The notes: a model not told the origin generated them from the sequence alone. A stretch of 64,000 nt of DNA from Octopus bimaculoides (GCF_001194135.2 NC_068992.1:10578202-10642201), one strand, 5' to 3'; positions 1-13,627 are shown, counted from the first letter of the stretch. Numbers and translations are program-made.

Positions 1-2
1 AA

Positions 3-169
3 TCACACTCTGGCCAGAAACTAGCTATATACATACCTTGTGCGTGTCTGTTTCCTCAGAAACGATGGGACATACCAGCGTATGGTTCTCACACCATTTT
101 GTCACAAATAAGTCACAAAAATGCTGAAATATTAATGTCTATAACACCGGTCCTGCTGCAGGACCTGGT
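3..169 (+). CDS. Possible coding exon running off the window start (unidentified)
   Basis: Frame open from 3 (SHSGQKLAIYIPCACLFPQKRWDIPAYGSHTILSQISHKNAEILMSITPVLLQDL) up to a consensus donor GTGAGT at 170-175. A competing minus-strand exon candidate overlaps at 37-123. Confidence 0.25.
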
Positions 170-280
170 GTGAGTTGTCTCACTTGTCTATGACTTCTAG
201 GTGTTTTTACACCAGGTGTATTGATAAAAAAATTGTAGCCTGGCAAAATGCATACCGTATGTATGTATTTCTGATATTGC

Positions 281-283
<3 letters not shown>

Positions 284-327
<44 letters not shown>

Positions 328-491
328 TCCTTAAATATATATACACATATATGTAAACATATGCAGGTGAGCAAGAGAGGATTTGAGACAGAAAGAGATT
401 TCAGTTGTGAGATCCTGCCTTAAATAACATTCCATCTAACCCATGCTTGTATGCAGAAGCAGATGTGAAGAAAATGAAGCTGCACCCATAC

Positions 492-575
<84 letters not shown>
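284..575. repeat. (CA)n and (TACA)n/(TA)n microsatellites
   Basis: Directly visible tandem arrays at about 284-323 and 489-572. Confidence 0.95.
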
Positions 576-577
<2 letters not shown>

Positions 578-800
578 TAAAAGAGTTCCGACTGTCTGTT
601 TTTAATATTTTATTTATATTCTTATAAAATTAATGTGGGATATAGAATATGGAATATATAATATAAATAGTAAAATGAAATGAAGTATTGAATGTCTTAT
701 TGAATATATGAAATATTGAGTATTAAATATAGAGTATAAAATATATAAGGACTTTCCTGCCTCATGGCAGTCATCAAGGTCCTGTCTGACATGAATTTAT

Positions 801-1165
801 ATCATCATCATCATCTTCATCATCATTTAACGTCCATTGTCCATTCTGGCATAGGTTGGACGGTTTGACTTGGCTGGGATGCTGGAATGCTGCAGCAGAC
901 TCCAGTCTGATTTAGCATGGTATTTTATGGCTGGATGGCCTTCCTAATACCAACCACTCCAAGAGTGCAATGGGTGCTTTTACATGCCACCGGCATGGGT
1001 GCCATTTGCATGATGCCAGGGTGCGTTTACATGCCACAGGCATGGGTGTCAATTTGGCACGACACTGGTATCTGCCATGACTGTCACTTTGCTTGGCTTG
1101 CTGGGTCCTCTCAAGCACAGTGCATCACCAAAGGTTTCAGTCACTAGTCATTGCCTCTGTGAGGC
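801..1165 (-). mobile_element. RTE-type LINE 3' end with (GAT)n tail (5'-truncated)
   Basis: (CAT)n followed by tttaacgtcc...ggttggacggtttgact...ctggatggccttcctaataccaaccactcc. The same sequence is joined to RTE ORF2 coding sequence at 27912-28970. Confidence 0.75.
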
Positions 1166-1735
1166 TCAAAGTTCAAAGATCATATTTCACATATATAGAC
1201 ATACACATATATGTATGTATATGCTTCTTCTCTGGATTTATGTTTTCTACAAACAACATATACATATATATCATCCAATATGGAGGCAAATTACCTACAT
1301 TCTTAAGAGGAACACTTGAAAAATTGTAAAGCTTCTGCATGAAACCATTGATATCATTGTTAATCCACAAATAAAGAATATATATATCTATATGTGTATG
1401 TGCACATGCACACACACACACACACACACATGCACACACAGACACATACATGTAGATATATAGATAAATAAATAATAGTAGGAAAAGGAGCAAATGACAT
1501 TCCTTATTCAAAATCACTCCAACTGATTTTAAATGACTGCAATTTAAATCACAATAATTGATTTGAAATAAAGAATGTCATTTAATCTATTTTCTATTGT
1601 TTATCTATTTATATAAATGTATGGACTCTTCGGAATTCCTGTTGTAGATCAAGTATCAAGAGCATTTCTGTTATATGATTACATCTGGTTGCCAATAACT
1701 GTATACAGGCTTTACCAAATCTTATTTAACTATAT

Positions 1736-2070
1736 ATACAGGGGTTGGACAAAATAATGGAAACACTTAGCATCAGAGCTTCATAATTTTGAAATATCTA
1801 TAAAACCATCAAAAGCTTGTTTATTTTTATGTTTTTTGTGAAGAATAAAAAGTTTTGAATGGTACACCAATGCACTATAATACAAACAATGGACTATATA
1901 CCTGTTGTAATTTAGTCATCCATAGTCTGATGATATTTTGGAATAAAATTCCTTCTTCAGATATTCTTAGATGGAGTCACTGCTATAATCGGTTTTCCAA
2001 CAGCTTTTCTTTTTTCGGAAGTGTCTCAGCAGTGGTTTCATTCAAAAGGAACTCAGCCACTTTGTCTCCA
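1736..2070 (+). mobile_element. Tc1-like DNA transposon left end (non-autonomous remnant)
   Basis: TA followed by CAGGGGTTGGACAAAATAATGGAAACAC, a Tc1-type terminal motif. No matching right end was seen. Confidence 0.5.
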
Positions 2071-2196
2071 TGGAGCCCAATGCTCAAAAGTGCTCTTTAC
2101 GTGCCACTTACGTGATGCCAGCATCAGTCATGACTACAATTTCACTTGGCTCGACAGGTCTTCTCAAGCACAGCATATCGCCAAAGGTCTATGCAT

Positions 2197-2236
<40 letters not shown>

Positions 2237-2659
2237 GCAGACACAAGCAAAAATACACGCACACATGGACACAACTACACACACACATGCATACAAACAC
2301 ATGTATAAACCCAGTTCTGCAAAGATGTCACTTCTGATACATCAGTTGTCATAAACTCCCAAATGCACTTTTATATACAAAGAATATAAAATAACTGCCA
2401 TGCATTTCTTCAAAAATACCTCCTCATTTAAGTTAAGGAAAATTTTCTATTGTTCAGTTTTTTTTTTCTTCCTGAAAATATTGCCTTGTTTGATAGGTTT
2501 GTAATTCCTTTTTGTTCTCCATTTATTTAAATCATTTCCTATTATTTGAACATGAAAATTTTTTTTTTTTTTGAAGTGTTTATAATTTTTGTTAGTTCTC
2601 TTCTTTTACAATTTTTTTTCGTCAGTTTTGAAATTTGAAAATGTTTTACTTTTTTACAG

Positions 2660-3850
2660 ATATATGACGATGGAATGAATAGATTTATGTGACAACCTAA
2701 AATATTAATGGTGACAAACTTACTGAAGCTTGACAACCTACAAATGCTAATTAAAAGAAATTCTACAAGAAATATTAAATGAAACATTAATGGCATTATT
2801 CTTGCTAATCTCGTATGGTCACAGACTTGATGGTAATGGTATAAACAATGGGTTAAAAAAGAGGAAGAGATGAGGGACAAAATTCTGAATCAATTAAAGA
2901 AGAGTGCTGGAATATTTATTTGTGTAAACTAGTAGTTTGGCTCGCTCATCAACAAGATCAGATGTTGCATACTATGACATTCAATTTGTGCTGCTTTGTT
3001 GAAGTCTAGGCCAGCTTCCAGCCACTTATTTAGAAGCTGAAGTTAAATTGACAATAATAATAGGCAAATGATGTTGATTACTTTTGATGGTTGAATACTT
3101 GAGATTTGCATTTGATGGTGGTTCTACATCAAATGTCATGACTTAGATGTGTTACAAGATTTTCCCCTGGTTGGGACATCAAATAGTTTCAAACAGATTA
3201 GTAAGCATCTTGTTGTCTCTTGGGAACATACACCTTTCTCCATTTAGCCATTACATGTAATAAAATGATTTAAAGCAAATTTTTAAGTTGAAGGATTCAA
3301 ATGAGAAATGTGAAGCACAATCCATTCCAGTTCACATTGAGTAAGAAATAGAAGATAAGCAGCTTTGATTTAAAGGACATTGAAATTATAATTGTGATAT
3401 ATAAGTAGGTAAATAATTCAGTATCAGTTTCCTGAGCCCATAAGTCAGATAAAGAATATGGCCATAGTTCATTAATAATTGCATTTATATCTAATTTCTT
3501 CTGATACCAAATACCGAATATTGTATTTGTTGCCTTAAATGAAACCCAATAGTTCTTAAAGTTACACATATAACTTGGTTCCATGCAATTTAAAGAGAAA
3601 GAAATCAGACAATTAAATCCTATAGATATCACTGAAACCTGTTTAATCAACAAGCTACAAATCTGGAACTGCAGAACACAGATTCCATATTTCAAGACTG
3701 TATGGAGAAAATCATTGATGATAACATTGGTGTGAAAATCTTTAAAGACAACTTTCTTGATAATGCAGCAGATTTTTCCAAGCTTAAGACTAGAGAGAGG
3801 ATAGAATTGGGAAATTTATTAAGTCACAGTTGCATTGAATTTTGATAAAT
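2660..3850 (+). pseudogene. Decayed coding-like segment, probably an old transposase (unassigned)
   Basis: Protein-like peptides interrupted by stops and frameshifts (LKEILQEILNETL, KKEEEMRDKILNQLKKSAGIF, LRFAFDGGSTSNVM, NTDSIFQDCMEKIIDDNIGVKIFKDNFL). No definitive motif. Confidence 0.3.
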
Positions 3851-4333
3851 TCATTTACAGAACTCATTTGAGATTTTATGAGTGAGCCTGTCTCCTAACG
3901 GTATGTAACCATGTCAAAAGACATATAAAATGAGTATTAATTCTGATAGCCCAGACTTTCAGGCAATTAACTATTTTATTGAATTAAATAATTATTATCA
4001 ATTTTATTCACAGCTGTGCAACATTTCGAAGCAAATAGATGTTAGTTTTACTAGGAAGCAAAATAAGCTTGCTTTCAGTATCTTTCTCTTCAGAGACAGA
4101 TTTTATATTATCAGTTGTTGCTACACAGATAATGTAACACAGTTAAATTACTCCATTGATTCCATTTTTTATATATTTACTAAGTTTTTAAAAAGTCAGT
4201 GACATATTAGACAGAAAGTTTTGCAGCTATAAGATGCATGCAGCATTGATGTTTTTTTTCTCTTATTCTTTGAAAAACAGTGACTATGAACATCGATCAC
4301 AAACTTATATATGTAATCTATGTAGATGACATA

Positions 4334-4770
<437 letters not shown>

Positions 4771-4929
4771 AGATATATATAATGCAAATACAATGAGTAT
4801 TCCAGATATTTGGAGTTGTTTTAAGAGAGGAAGTTATAACTGAGCTAGAATATTGTAATTTTATTATATTTTACTATACATCTTATAAGCTGACCTGGCA
4901 AGGTTCTTTTCATTTTATTCTAGGTTGAA

Positions 4930-5313
4930 GGAGATGGCTATAACAGTGTTTTGAACACACTGTTTGTCATAACCCCAACTACTCGACAGAAATGAGCATC
5001 AAAACTATCCCTCACCCTCCCTACAGTTGATATCTAGTTCCCTGCGATATTTGGTTGTACCCTAAGCTGAAGGATAACCTCAGGTGCAGTTATTTTGAAG
5101 AATTGTGAAGATGGAGGCTGTGAGAAGGGTTCTGGACACCTTCACTTTTGAGGATTTAAATGGGGTCTTTATGAAGTGGGTAGGGCACTAAAACAAATGC
5201 ATTAAAATCAGAGGATAATCCTACTTTGAAGACAATTAGAGTTTTGCAATTCTTTGAAATGAATACATTTCTCTCCTGTAAAAAAGTCTCAATACTTCTG
5301 GAATGTCTCTCCT
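4930..5313 (+). mobile_element. Mariner transposase C-terminal remnant
   Basis: Translation PHPPYS*YLVPCDIWLYPKLKDNLR matches the mariner HPPYSPDLAPxDF motif. It is followed by KCI..G.YFE-like codons and a terminal-repeat-like end. Confidence 0.75.
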
Positions 5314-5329
5314 AAATATCTGCCAACAT

Positions 5330-5562
5330 ATTCTCTCTTTTATTTATCATTTTACACTCATTGGACTGTTGGCATGCTTTGGCACTGTCATGAAAGGTTT
5401 TCTTGACTAAATGAACCCCAAATACTTATTGTTTTAAAACCTAGCATTTATTATAGCAGTCTTTTTTACTGAACTGCTAAGTTATGTGGACATAAAAAAA
5501 AAAAATCTAACCCTGCTTGCCAAGTTATGGGGGACAGGGACAAACACACACATACACACGTG

Positions 5563-5619
<57 letters not shown>
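5330..5619 (-). mobile_element. Old SINE family A 3' half plus microsatellite
   Basis: Diverged reverse complement of the family A tail, running into (TA)n(TG)n and a gap. Confidence 0.55.
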
Positions 5620-5767
5620 NNNNNNNNNNNNNNNNNNNNNNNNNNNNNNNNNNNNNNNNNNNNNNNNNNNNNNNNNNNNNNNNNNNNNNNNNNNNNNNNN
5701 NNNNNNNNNNNNNNNNNNNNNNNNNNNNNNNNNNNNNNNNNNNNNNNNNNNNNNNNNNNNNNNNNNN
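5620..5767. other. Assembly gap
   Basis: N-run. Other gaps: 33874-34133, 35532-35571, 44079-44191, 45876-46006, 47991-48119, 54244-54701, 62360-62683. Confidence 1.
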
Positions 5768-5839
5768 TATATATATATATGTATATATATATATGTATAT
5801 ATATATATGTATATATATAATTATTCAATATTAACAGTT

Positions 5840-6590
5840 TTGTATTAGAAAACCAAGAATTTATACAAAGCTGTAAAAGAAGTGCTCAAACTAGTTGAGA
5901 CATAGGTACAAAGTTAATTGCAGAATAAAACCGTTAGGTCATCGACTCAAAAATTAGCAAACGGAAGTCAAAATTTTTATACATAAGAATAAAAATCGAT
6001 TAAAAATACAATAGAATAATATAAATAAATAAATAAACTGCGATTAAAAGTTGATTAAAAATATTAGAGACCGGTACAAATACAGTAGAATGAAATATAT
6101 ATATATATATAGAAAAAATATATAGAGAAAAAAAATAATACATAGGGAAACGTAGCACAACAGTTCATTCGCTGAGGCCAATAAAAGAAGTTCAAGATTA
6201 ATAGTACGAAAGTTCAACTACCTGCCTCATGACAACAAATTTCGTAGGTAAAATCCAATTTCATAAACAGGAATAGCGAAGCACACGGGACAAAACAACA
6301 ACAGAACATCGAAAGTGTGGCAAAGCAAAATCCATATTTCACCATTCCGCAGGTAAAAAAGAAAAAAATGCCCTCAACACCAGAGCTGAAGACACCTCCA
6401 AAATTAGGGGGCCCCACCATGTCAAAAACGGGAGAGAAGTAGGGGCCGAAACCGGACGTGGTTCCTCCTGAAGACGTCCTTAGCCACTGGATCCTATAAA
6501 AGAGCTGTTGAGGTAGTGAACCACGAAACGTAGTTGGAATTCCTCCAAATATTCAAAAAAACCTCACTCAGACATCATTTCTCATCCTGT
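5840..6590 (+). mobile_element. Probable Penelope-like element terminal region (pseudo-LTR)
   Basis: CpG-retaining A-rich block. A frameshifted TC(R)HDNKF-like peptide at about 6220-6245 resembles the C-terminus of Penelope ORFs. Two CTGAAGA...CGAAAC motifs follow. Confidence 0.4.
6378..6545 (+). ncRNA. Two tandem degenerate type-I hammerhead-ribozyme-like motifs
   Basis: CTGAAGA 6386-6392 ... CGAAACCGGAC 6447-6457; CTGAAGA 6468-6474 ... CGAAACGTA 6524-6532. Stems I and II pair only partially. Confidence 0.45.
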
Positions 6591-6654
6591 TAAATAACAT
6601 TGAAAGAGATGCAATTACAAAAATGCTTACAGCTTCTTTTCTTTACTGTTTTCT

Positions 6655-6800
6655 CTATACTCTGGCATTTGTTCATATTTGATATTGGTTCCAAATTTTG
6701 GTATGAGGCCTGCAATTTCGAGGGAGAGTGTAAATCGATTACATTAACTCCCAAAAGGTTGGAAGGCAATGTCGACCTCAACAACATTTGAACTGAACAA
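6655..6800 (-). mobile_element. Old SINE family C fragment
   Basis: Reverse complement of the gtcgatgtaatcgact...ggccttgtgccaaaatttgaaacc tail seen at 21530-21615 and 49690-49780. Confidence 0.5.
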
Positions 6801-7982
6801 TCAACTCACCTACTATCGATGGTTGAATGACTTGCTAAAAATAGTTGTTTAGCCCCTCTCACTAAATATTCTTGTCTCATCAATTTTGTCCACTACAACA
6901 GCACAAAATTTTACGAATCAAGAAAGATTTATTTATTTTCTGTTTGATATTTAACCTACCAGAAAGAATACATTGTTACAGTTTCTTTCATTGCTATCAT
7001 TAACTAATTAAACCTCGTTGATTTACTAAGATTATCGCCCGTTTTATTCAATTTACAGAAAGAGTACACATGCACACACACACGCACACATACACACACA
7101 CACACACACAAACATGTGCACATATTTATTTTTTTAAATGTCTTTTGAACTTTTGAAATATTAGTCCAAATGACTGAAATCTGTGTTATAGAACTTTTGA
7201 AAAATACTTTTTAAAAAAAAAAAACATGACTTTGAAGACAAACAATAAATTATAATTGATGGCAAACTAACACTAAAATTACCTAATTTGCGAAGTTCCA
7301 GCGAGAAATGTATTAGACGTTTTCAGATTAATTGATATGAAGGAAAACAATGATTAACTGGAAGTGCGAAGTTAAATAAATTATTTTGTTGGTCATGCTT
7401 ATTATTTAGTTTAGAATAAAATTTGGTATTATAAAAGTAACAATGATTTAAATAATCTACACATAGCCATGCTAAAACATGAACACTCTCAAATAAAAAT
7501 AAGTTCTTGGTAGATCTTGTCACATAGCTGTTAGATTCCTCACACACATGATTTGCTTTCAGTGATCCAGACTTGTGTAAGACCAGCCATACCTTTTGTA
7601 AATGTTGACAGCAGAAAGTGGGTGCAAATGTTTGTAACACATGCAAAGAATTACATTCCTCAGGCTTTTCTAATGGAGTTTCCCAACTCCTGGGTTAGTT
7701 ACTTTGGCTATGGTTTATAGTCCAACCTTCAAAGGTAAACTAGATGTGCACCTGGGTACCAAACTAGAAATGTTCCTGAATGCATACATTTAAAAGTTCA
7801 ACACTACTTTGCTGGATAAATATTCTTGTGAATTAGCAAGGTTATCAACATTCTTATGTGACATACTTGATAATTGTTAAGAGATTCCTCTTTAAATGAA
7901 ACCATTGGTAACTTTGTTAACCCACAAATAAAGTGCTTGTTTGTGTATGTATATATGTGTGTGTATATATATATATATATAA

Positions 7983-8146
7983 GTGGAGGTGCAATGGCCC
8001 AGTGGTTAGGGCAGCGGACTCACGGTTCATAGGGTACACGTGTCTGTGGAGTGCTCAGCCACTTGCACGTTAATTTCACGAGCAGGCTGTTCCATTGATC
8101 GGATCAACTGGAACCCTCGACGTCGTAAGCGACAGAGTGCCAACAA
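7983..8146 (+). mobile_element. SINE family B, internally deleted copy
   Basis: Head gtggaggtgcaatggcccagtggttaggg joined directly to tail agggtacacgtgtctgtgg...gtgccaacaa. Compare the full copy at 41280-41666. Confidence 0.85.
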
Positions 8147-8735
8147 TATATATATATATGTTTATACATGTACCATTACAATAATTCTGTGTCCATATTT
8201 TTCATGCTTTCATGCATTGAATAGGTCTTTTCTAGCATAGAATCTCTTCACTTGTTATGGTACTCTATCACCATTTTCTAAAGTTCAGCCATCACCAAGT
8301 CTTCCTCAATCATTGTCTTCCCCAAATTCTTTATAAATAAATCATTTGTTACTCCTTTACCCAACCCTCATCCTTCACTCACATCATATGCCCCTACCAT
8401 TTCTGTCTACATTCTTGCTTCTACATCTGATTCTTTTCAAACACCGTTTTTATTTTTGCAATTAGTTCATCAGTGCTTCATTATTCATACGCACCAACAG
8501 AACACATAGAAAAATCTTTTTTAGATATTGAACTGTACTTAAGTACTTTGTAATTGCACTTCAGTTTTCATGAGAGCCAAAAATATCACTTGGATTATAT
8601 CAGGAATTATTTTAGCTGGCAGTGCCTGTGCTATAATGTAATTAAATTATGAGATTATGAAATTAGTCATTAAATATATAAGAATGTGTATTATATAGAA
8701 ACAAGCTATTGTGTATATAAAAGCAATTCAATTAA

Positions 8736-8791
<56 letters not shown>

Positions 8792-8967
8792 GCGCGTGTG
8801 TGTGTGTTTGTTGGTATTATATTTACGTAAGTATGTATGTGAATATATATATACACACACATATTTATATATGTAAATATAAAACTATATGAAGAAAGGC
8901 AAACAGTGATTGAAGGATCACTCAATACTCAATTCATTTATATAGAATATTACACTTTATTTCAATA

Positions 8968-9344
8968 TTGTTGTTAGCACTCCTTCGCTTATGACGTTGA
9001 GGGTTCCAGTTGATCCGATGAATGGAACAGCCTGTTCATGAAATTAACGTGAAAGTGACTGAGCACTCCACAGACACGTGTACCCTTAACGTAGGTCTCG
9101 GGGATATTCAGCATGACACAGTGTGACAAGGCTGACCCTTTTGAAATACAGGCACAACAGAAACAGGAAGTAAGAGTGAGAGAAAGTTGTGGTGAAAGAG
9201 TACAGCAGGGTTCACCACCATCCCCTGCCGGAGCCTCGTGGAGCTTTCAGGTGTTTTCGCTTAATAAACACTCACAACGCCTGGTCTGGGAATCGAAACC
9301 GTGATCCTATGACCGCGAGTCCACTGCCTTAACCACTGGGCCAT
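8968..9344 (-). mobile_element. SINE family B, near full length
   Basis: High-identity reverse complement of 41280-41666. Confidence 0.9.
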
Positions 9345-9464
9345 ATCAACAGTCATTTTATCTCAATACTCTATTGATTCCACCAACTCTAACAATCAAA
9401 CCATTAACATGTAACTTTTTTTAACACTCAAAACTAAGAAATTATTGAATGGTCTTCTTGACCT

Positions 9465-9925
9465 CATGATTCCGGGTTCAGTCCCACTGCATGGTACCTT
9501 GGGCAGGTGTCTTCTACTATAATTTTGGGCTGACCAAAACCTTGTGAGTGGATTTGGTAGACGGAAACAGAAAGAAGCCTGTTATGTGTGTTTGTGTGTG
9601 TATGTGAGTTTGTGTGGGGGGACGCGCATGTGTGTGAGTGTGTGTTTGTGTGTGTGTGCACACATGTGTGTATTTGTGTGTGTGTGTATGTATGTGTGTG
9701 TGTGCACATGTGTGTGTCTGTGTTTGCTCAACAGCACTGCTTGTTGGTACGTATGCATCCCCGTAACATAAATGTTTGGCAAAAGAGAGAAACAGAATAA
9801 GTACGAAGCTTAAAAAAACAGTTAAGATGGGGGTCAATTCATTTGGCAAAAAATTCTTCAAGGCAGGGGCCTAGCATGGCCGCAACCTATTGACTGAAGC
9901 AAGTAAAAGATTAAAAGATTATAAA
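9465..9925 (+). mobile_element. SINE family A with internal (TG)n
   Basis: B-box ccgggttcagtcccactgc, family A body, (TG)n, and tail ending gtaaaagattaaaagatt. Confidence 0.8.
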
Positions 9926-11061
9926 AAGATTATCCCAAAACCAAGTTGTCTAAGCAAATTATTAAGCTCATTGTAAAACAAATACGTCTGATTTAATGAA
10001 CATGAATTTATTAAGCTATCACAGAAACTTAAATAATTAAGTAAACTTATATAAGCAGAGATAAATTTATATGACTTGCCAATTAAACAATATCAGTCAC
10101 CAACTAAAATCTTTCTTCCCTCAAATTCTTTATCTTTTCCATTTTTAATATTACAAGAATTAATAAGACTGAAATGAATTTAAAGTTTTCCATCATTCTT
10201 GTTAAAGATCAGATTTGCATTCCACTCCATTCCATATTTAATTAATTTTAATTAATTAATATTTTGGATTTGTCTCCCTTGTATTTTTTTTTCTACCAGA
10301 ATTAGCAATTTAGATAATAATTTCTTCTCATCTCTAAGGTGTAATCTTAATTATAATTTGTTGTTTTACTACATCAAGTATGTTAGCAGCTACTTTCCCT
10401 GCCATACCTATTCTTTATCATGCAGATGCTGCTGGAGAATTGTTTAATGGCTACGTCGTCCATTATCATATATCCAATGAAATATACTTCTAATATATTA
10501 CAAACAACTTTGAAAATAATCAAGAATTCAGATGACTTTAGTAAAATAAATAATCTTTACATTATTAAGCTGGTATCTAGAACATAATTTTAAATGTTCT
10601 TACATAAAATTTATGCTCAAAAGTTATAACATGAACACTTTCAAACTTAATGGATTTTGTAATTTCTTTAATGTTTAGTTTGTGTTTTCATGGAAGATTG
10701 CATACAAACAATGTTTATATGATAGTAACATTTGTTTACAATTAGAATTCAATGGTAAAGACAAGGAAACATTCACACTCACAAACATTAATCCACCTCA
10801 AATGTGTTTATCATAGAGAGGGACAGGAACAGGAGTCCTTCTGAACGATTTCCCCAGATTAGTAGTCATGTATTTCCTCTATAACCAAGACACCTGATCT
10901 TGTTCCTGTATCACACATTAACTCCTCATCATGTGGCATGAAACCACCTCCCTCAATACAATACTCTTGCTCAGTTGAAGGGTATCATCTTGTGAAAGTA
11001 TTTGGTGACCTCAATTGTGCCAATGTCATGAAACAAGCAGCTAGTACACTCTGTCACGTAG

Positions 11062-11813
11062 TTGGTATTAAGTAGAATATCCAGTCATGGAAATCATGGT
11101 AAAACCGATACTGGAAATTCATGCAATCTGCCAGTTTGTTGGCTCTTGTTGAACTGTCCAGTCCATACCAGCATGGAAAGCAATATGTATATATATATAC
11201 ATATAACATGTGATAAGAAATGGATCCAATATAACAACAGTAACCATTCAGCACAATGGTTGGACAAAGACGAGCCACCAAAACACTGTCCACAAAGCAA
11301 AATTCATCAAAAGAAGCTGATGGTGTGTGTTTGGTAGTCTGGTGAAGATGTGATCCATTATGATTTCATTAAACCTGGCTCATCGATCACAGTCGAAATA
11401 TACTGCAGCCAACTGGACCAAATGGTGCAGAAACTTTAAAAAAAAACAGCCTATATTAGTCAACACATCCATTCCTATTTTATTGAAAGACAACACCAGA
11501 TCACACATCACAAAAATGACATTGGTGAAACTACAGGAGTTGGAGTTGGAAGTTCTCCATTATCCACCATACTCACCAAATTTGATAGGAAAAAAATTTA
11601 ATTCTGAAGATGCTGTAAAACAGGCCTTCCAAGATTTTATTGACTCTAGATTGCCAGGCTTTTACAGTTCTGGGCTGGAGAAGCTACCGCTGAAATAGCA
11701 AAAGTGTATTGATAATATGGGTGCATACTTTGATGAATAAAACTATTTCTTGTATTTATAAAATATTAGCAAACTTTTCTCTTTTCTACAAATTTCATAC
11801 TTGACGACCTAAT
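11062..11813 (+). mobile_element. Decayed mariner transposon (Mos1-like DD34D region)
   Basis: Motifs ITCDKKWIQYNN, WLDKDEPPKH, KKLMVCVW, LLKDNTRSH, HYPPYSPNL and KCIDNMGAYFDE. Ends gacgacctaata, a mariner-type terminus plus TA. Confidence 0.9.
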
Positions 11814-12150
11814 AAGTACAGTATCTTGTCAGTATTTGATGTCAATGATGTTGTATCATTTCACCTAGCCAATTTCTGGCACCTTACATGTGCTATGATT
11901 CTTAATGAATCTTTTTAACTGAATGTGTATGTGTAATACACACACACACACATGCACACATATAATGGAATTCTTTCCATTTTTATGTATTAAATCCACT
12001 GAAAAGACTTTAGTCTGCTTAGAACTATACAAGAAATCTGCTGGTCAGTTTTGCCCATTATGAAACTGAACCCCAAATCATGTTTCCTGAACTTCTTTGT
12101 CGCTCAGCCATACCTCTACACCTGTATATTTATTCCGTGTATTTATTTAG

Positions 12151-12253
12151 TGACTGAACTGCTAACACTTCACCAAGTGCAAGGAAAATCGTCTTTTGAT
12201 GGGGATCTTAAACATGTACTGAAGAGTCTAGTTATTTGTGTTACTGATGAAAA
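12151..12253 (+). CDS. Weak candidate exon
   Basis: atttatttag acceptor; open frame TELLTLHQVQGKSSFDGDLKHVLKSLVICVTDE; donor GTATTA at 12254. Confidence 0.2.
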
Positions 12254-13398
12254 GTATTAGCTAACAACTAATAGTTTTTTATATTTTCATCAGATATTTG
12301 ATCTCACTTTAGATTTTTCTAATGTTCTAAGTATTTTAAATGCTTTAATCTATTTAACTGTTATAGAACTAGGTAGATTTTAAATCTTTCCTACAAAATC
12401 TAAGAATTAAAGTAAAGGGAAAAAGATGCAAGAAGAATTTTTATGTATCTAAAGACAGAAAATGTTTCCCATATTTAATTTAATAATTGTGTTGAAAATA
12501 AAAGTTAAGTATTAAAATATTTAAATATCAAAATGTTATGTTTGACAATGTACTCTAAGAACAAGTTGTTTACCTTTTAAGCTTACTTATAACTTAATTG
12601 TTGCATTTTAAGTGCTAAACAAACATAATCATAAATTTTCGGTATGGAAATATTTTCTTTTCAAGAGCCGTTAGATAATATCGATGTACTTAAGAATATT
12701 TAATCTAGCTTCAAATAATCAGCTAAAAATGGTTTCCATTAAAAAAAAAAATACTACAAAACAAAAACATCTGCATTTCATTGCTTGCACTGAAGTGTTC
12801 GTTTTTTCCTTTCCACCAGTTACATAATATCGGAAGCAAGCTTATTTATTCCTCAGTGTAACATTGAATTTTATATTGAAAGTGTTCATTGCAAAAGAAG
12901 CATGCTGTGTTTGTGCAAAGATTTGATATCATATAGATAGGCAAATGGAAGAATATCAGTACAGGTGATAATTTTTAATGAAATAATTTTCAAAAAGATT
13001 AAGTGTTTTCAAATTAAATTGATGTTGCAAACTGTTGCTGAATAGCATACAGATTTCTGTGTATATAATAGACATTTAGCAATTCAAATTAATAGTAATT
13101 AGTAATTCAAATTAATAATTAATATAGTTCGAATAACTTATTAACCAAAAAATAAATTCAAACATTATTTGTTCATTATTCTATAGATATCATTTCCTGT
13201 TTACTTCTTATACTCTTTCTCTCTCTATGTCTAATATCATTTTATATTAAAATACGAAATAGAGGAAAAGTTTAGATTACTATATAAAGTTGCTAATAGT
13301 TTTCTTATATATTTTTGGTTACATCTGTATACATTTATGTTGATTTTGAAAACATTAAGAAATGTCTTTTAATCATTCATGACAAAATATTATATCGT

Positions 13399-13627
13399 AT
13401 TTGAACCTTTCTTTGCACCATATTTCTGTCGAAATTACATTGGTTTTATTCAATTAATTTTGAAAATAATAAAGAATTTTGTAAAATAAATTTGTCGTTC
13501 TTACACTGGTGTTTAGAATGTAAATTCCCGATGTTTTGATAGGATTTTCATTTAGATCACTATAAAACAAAAAAAATTATCACAAAACCAGATGTGGTTT
13601 TAGATGGGTTAGTATTGAAAAGGTTAA
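13399..13627. mobile_element. Degenerate piggyBac-like MITE (TTAA-CCCTT type ends)
   Basis: Starts ttgaaccttt and ends aaaaggttaa. The same core (aattttgaaaataatnaagaattt..gtaaaataa) recurs at about 10510-10600, 37630-37680 and inverted at about 62150-62297, where it ends aaagggctaa. Confidence 0.4.

Noticed and set aside
7593-7775. Minus-strand exon candidate with AAG|GTATGG donor
   Set aside because: The best acceptor gives stops in all frames; the alternative acceptor is weak.
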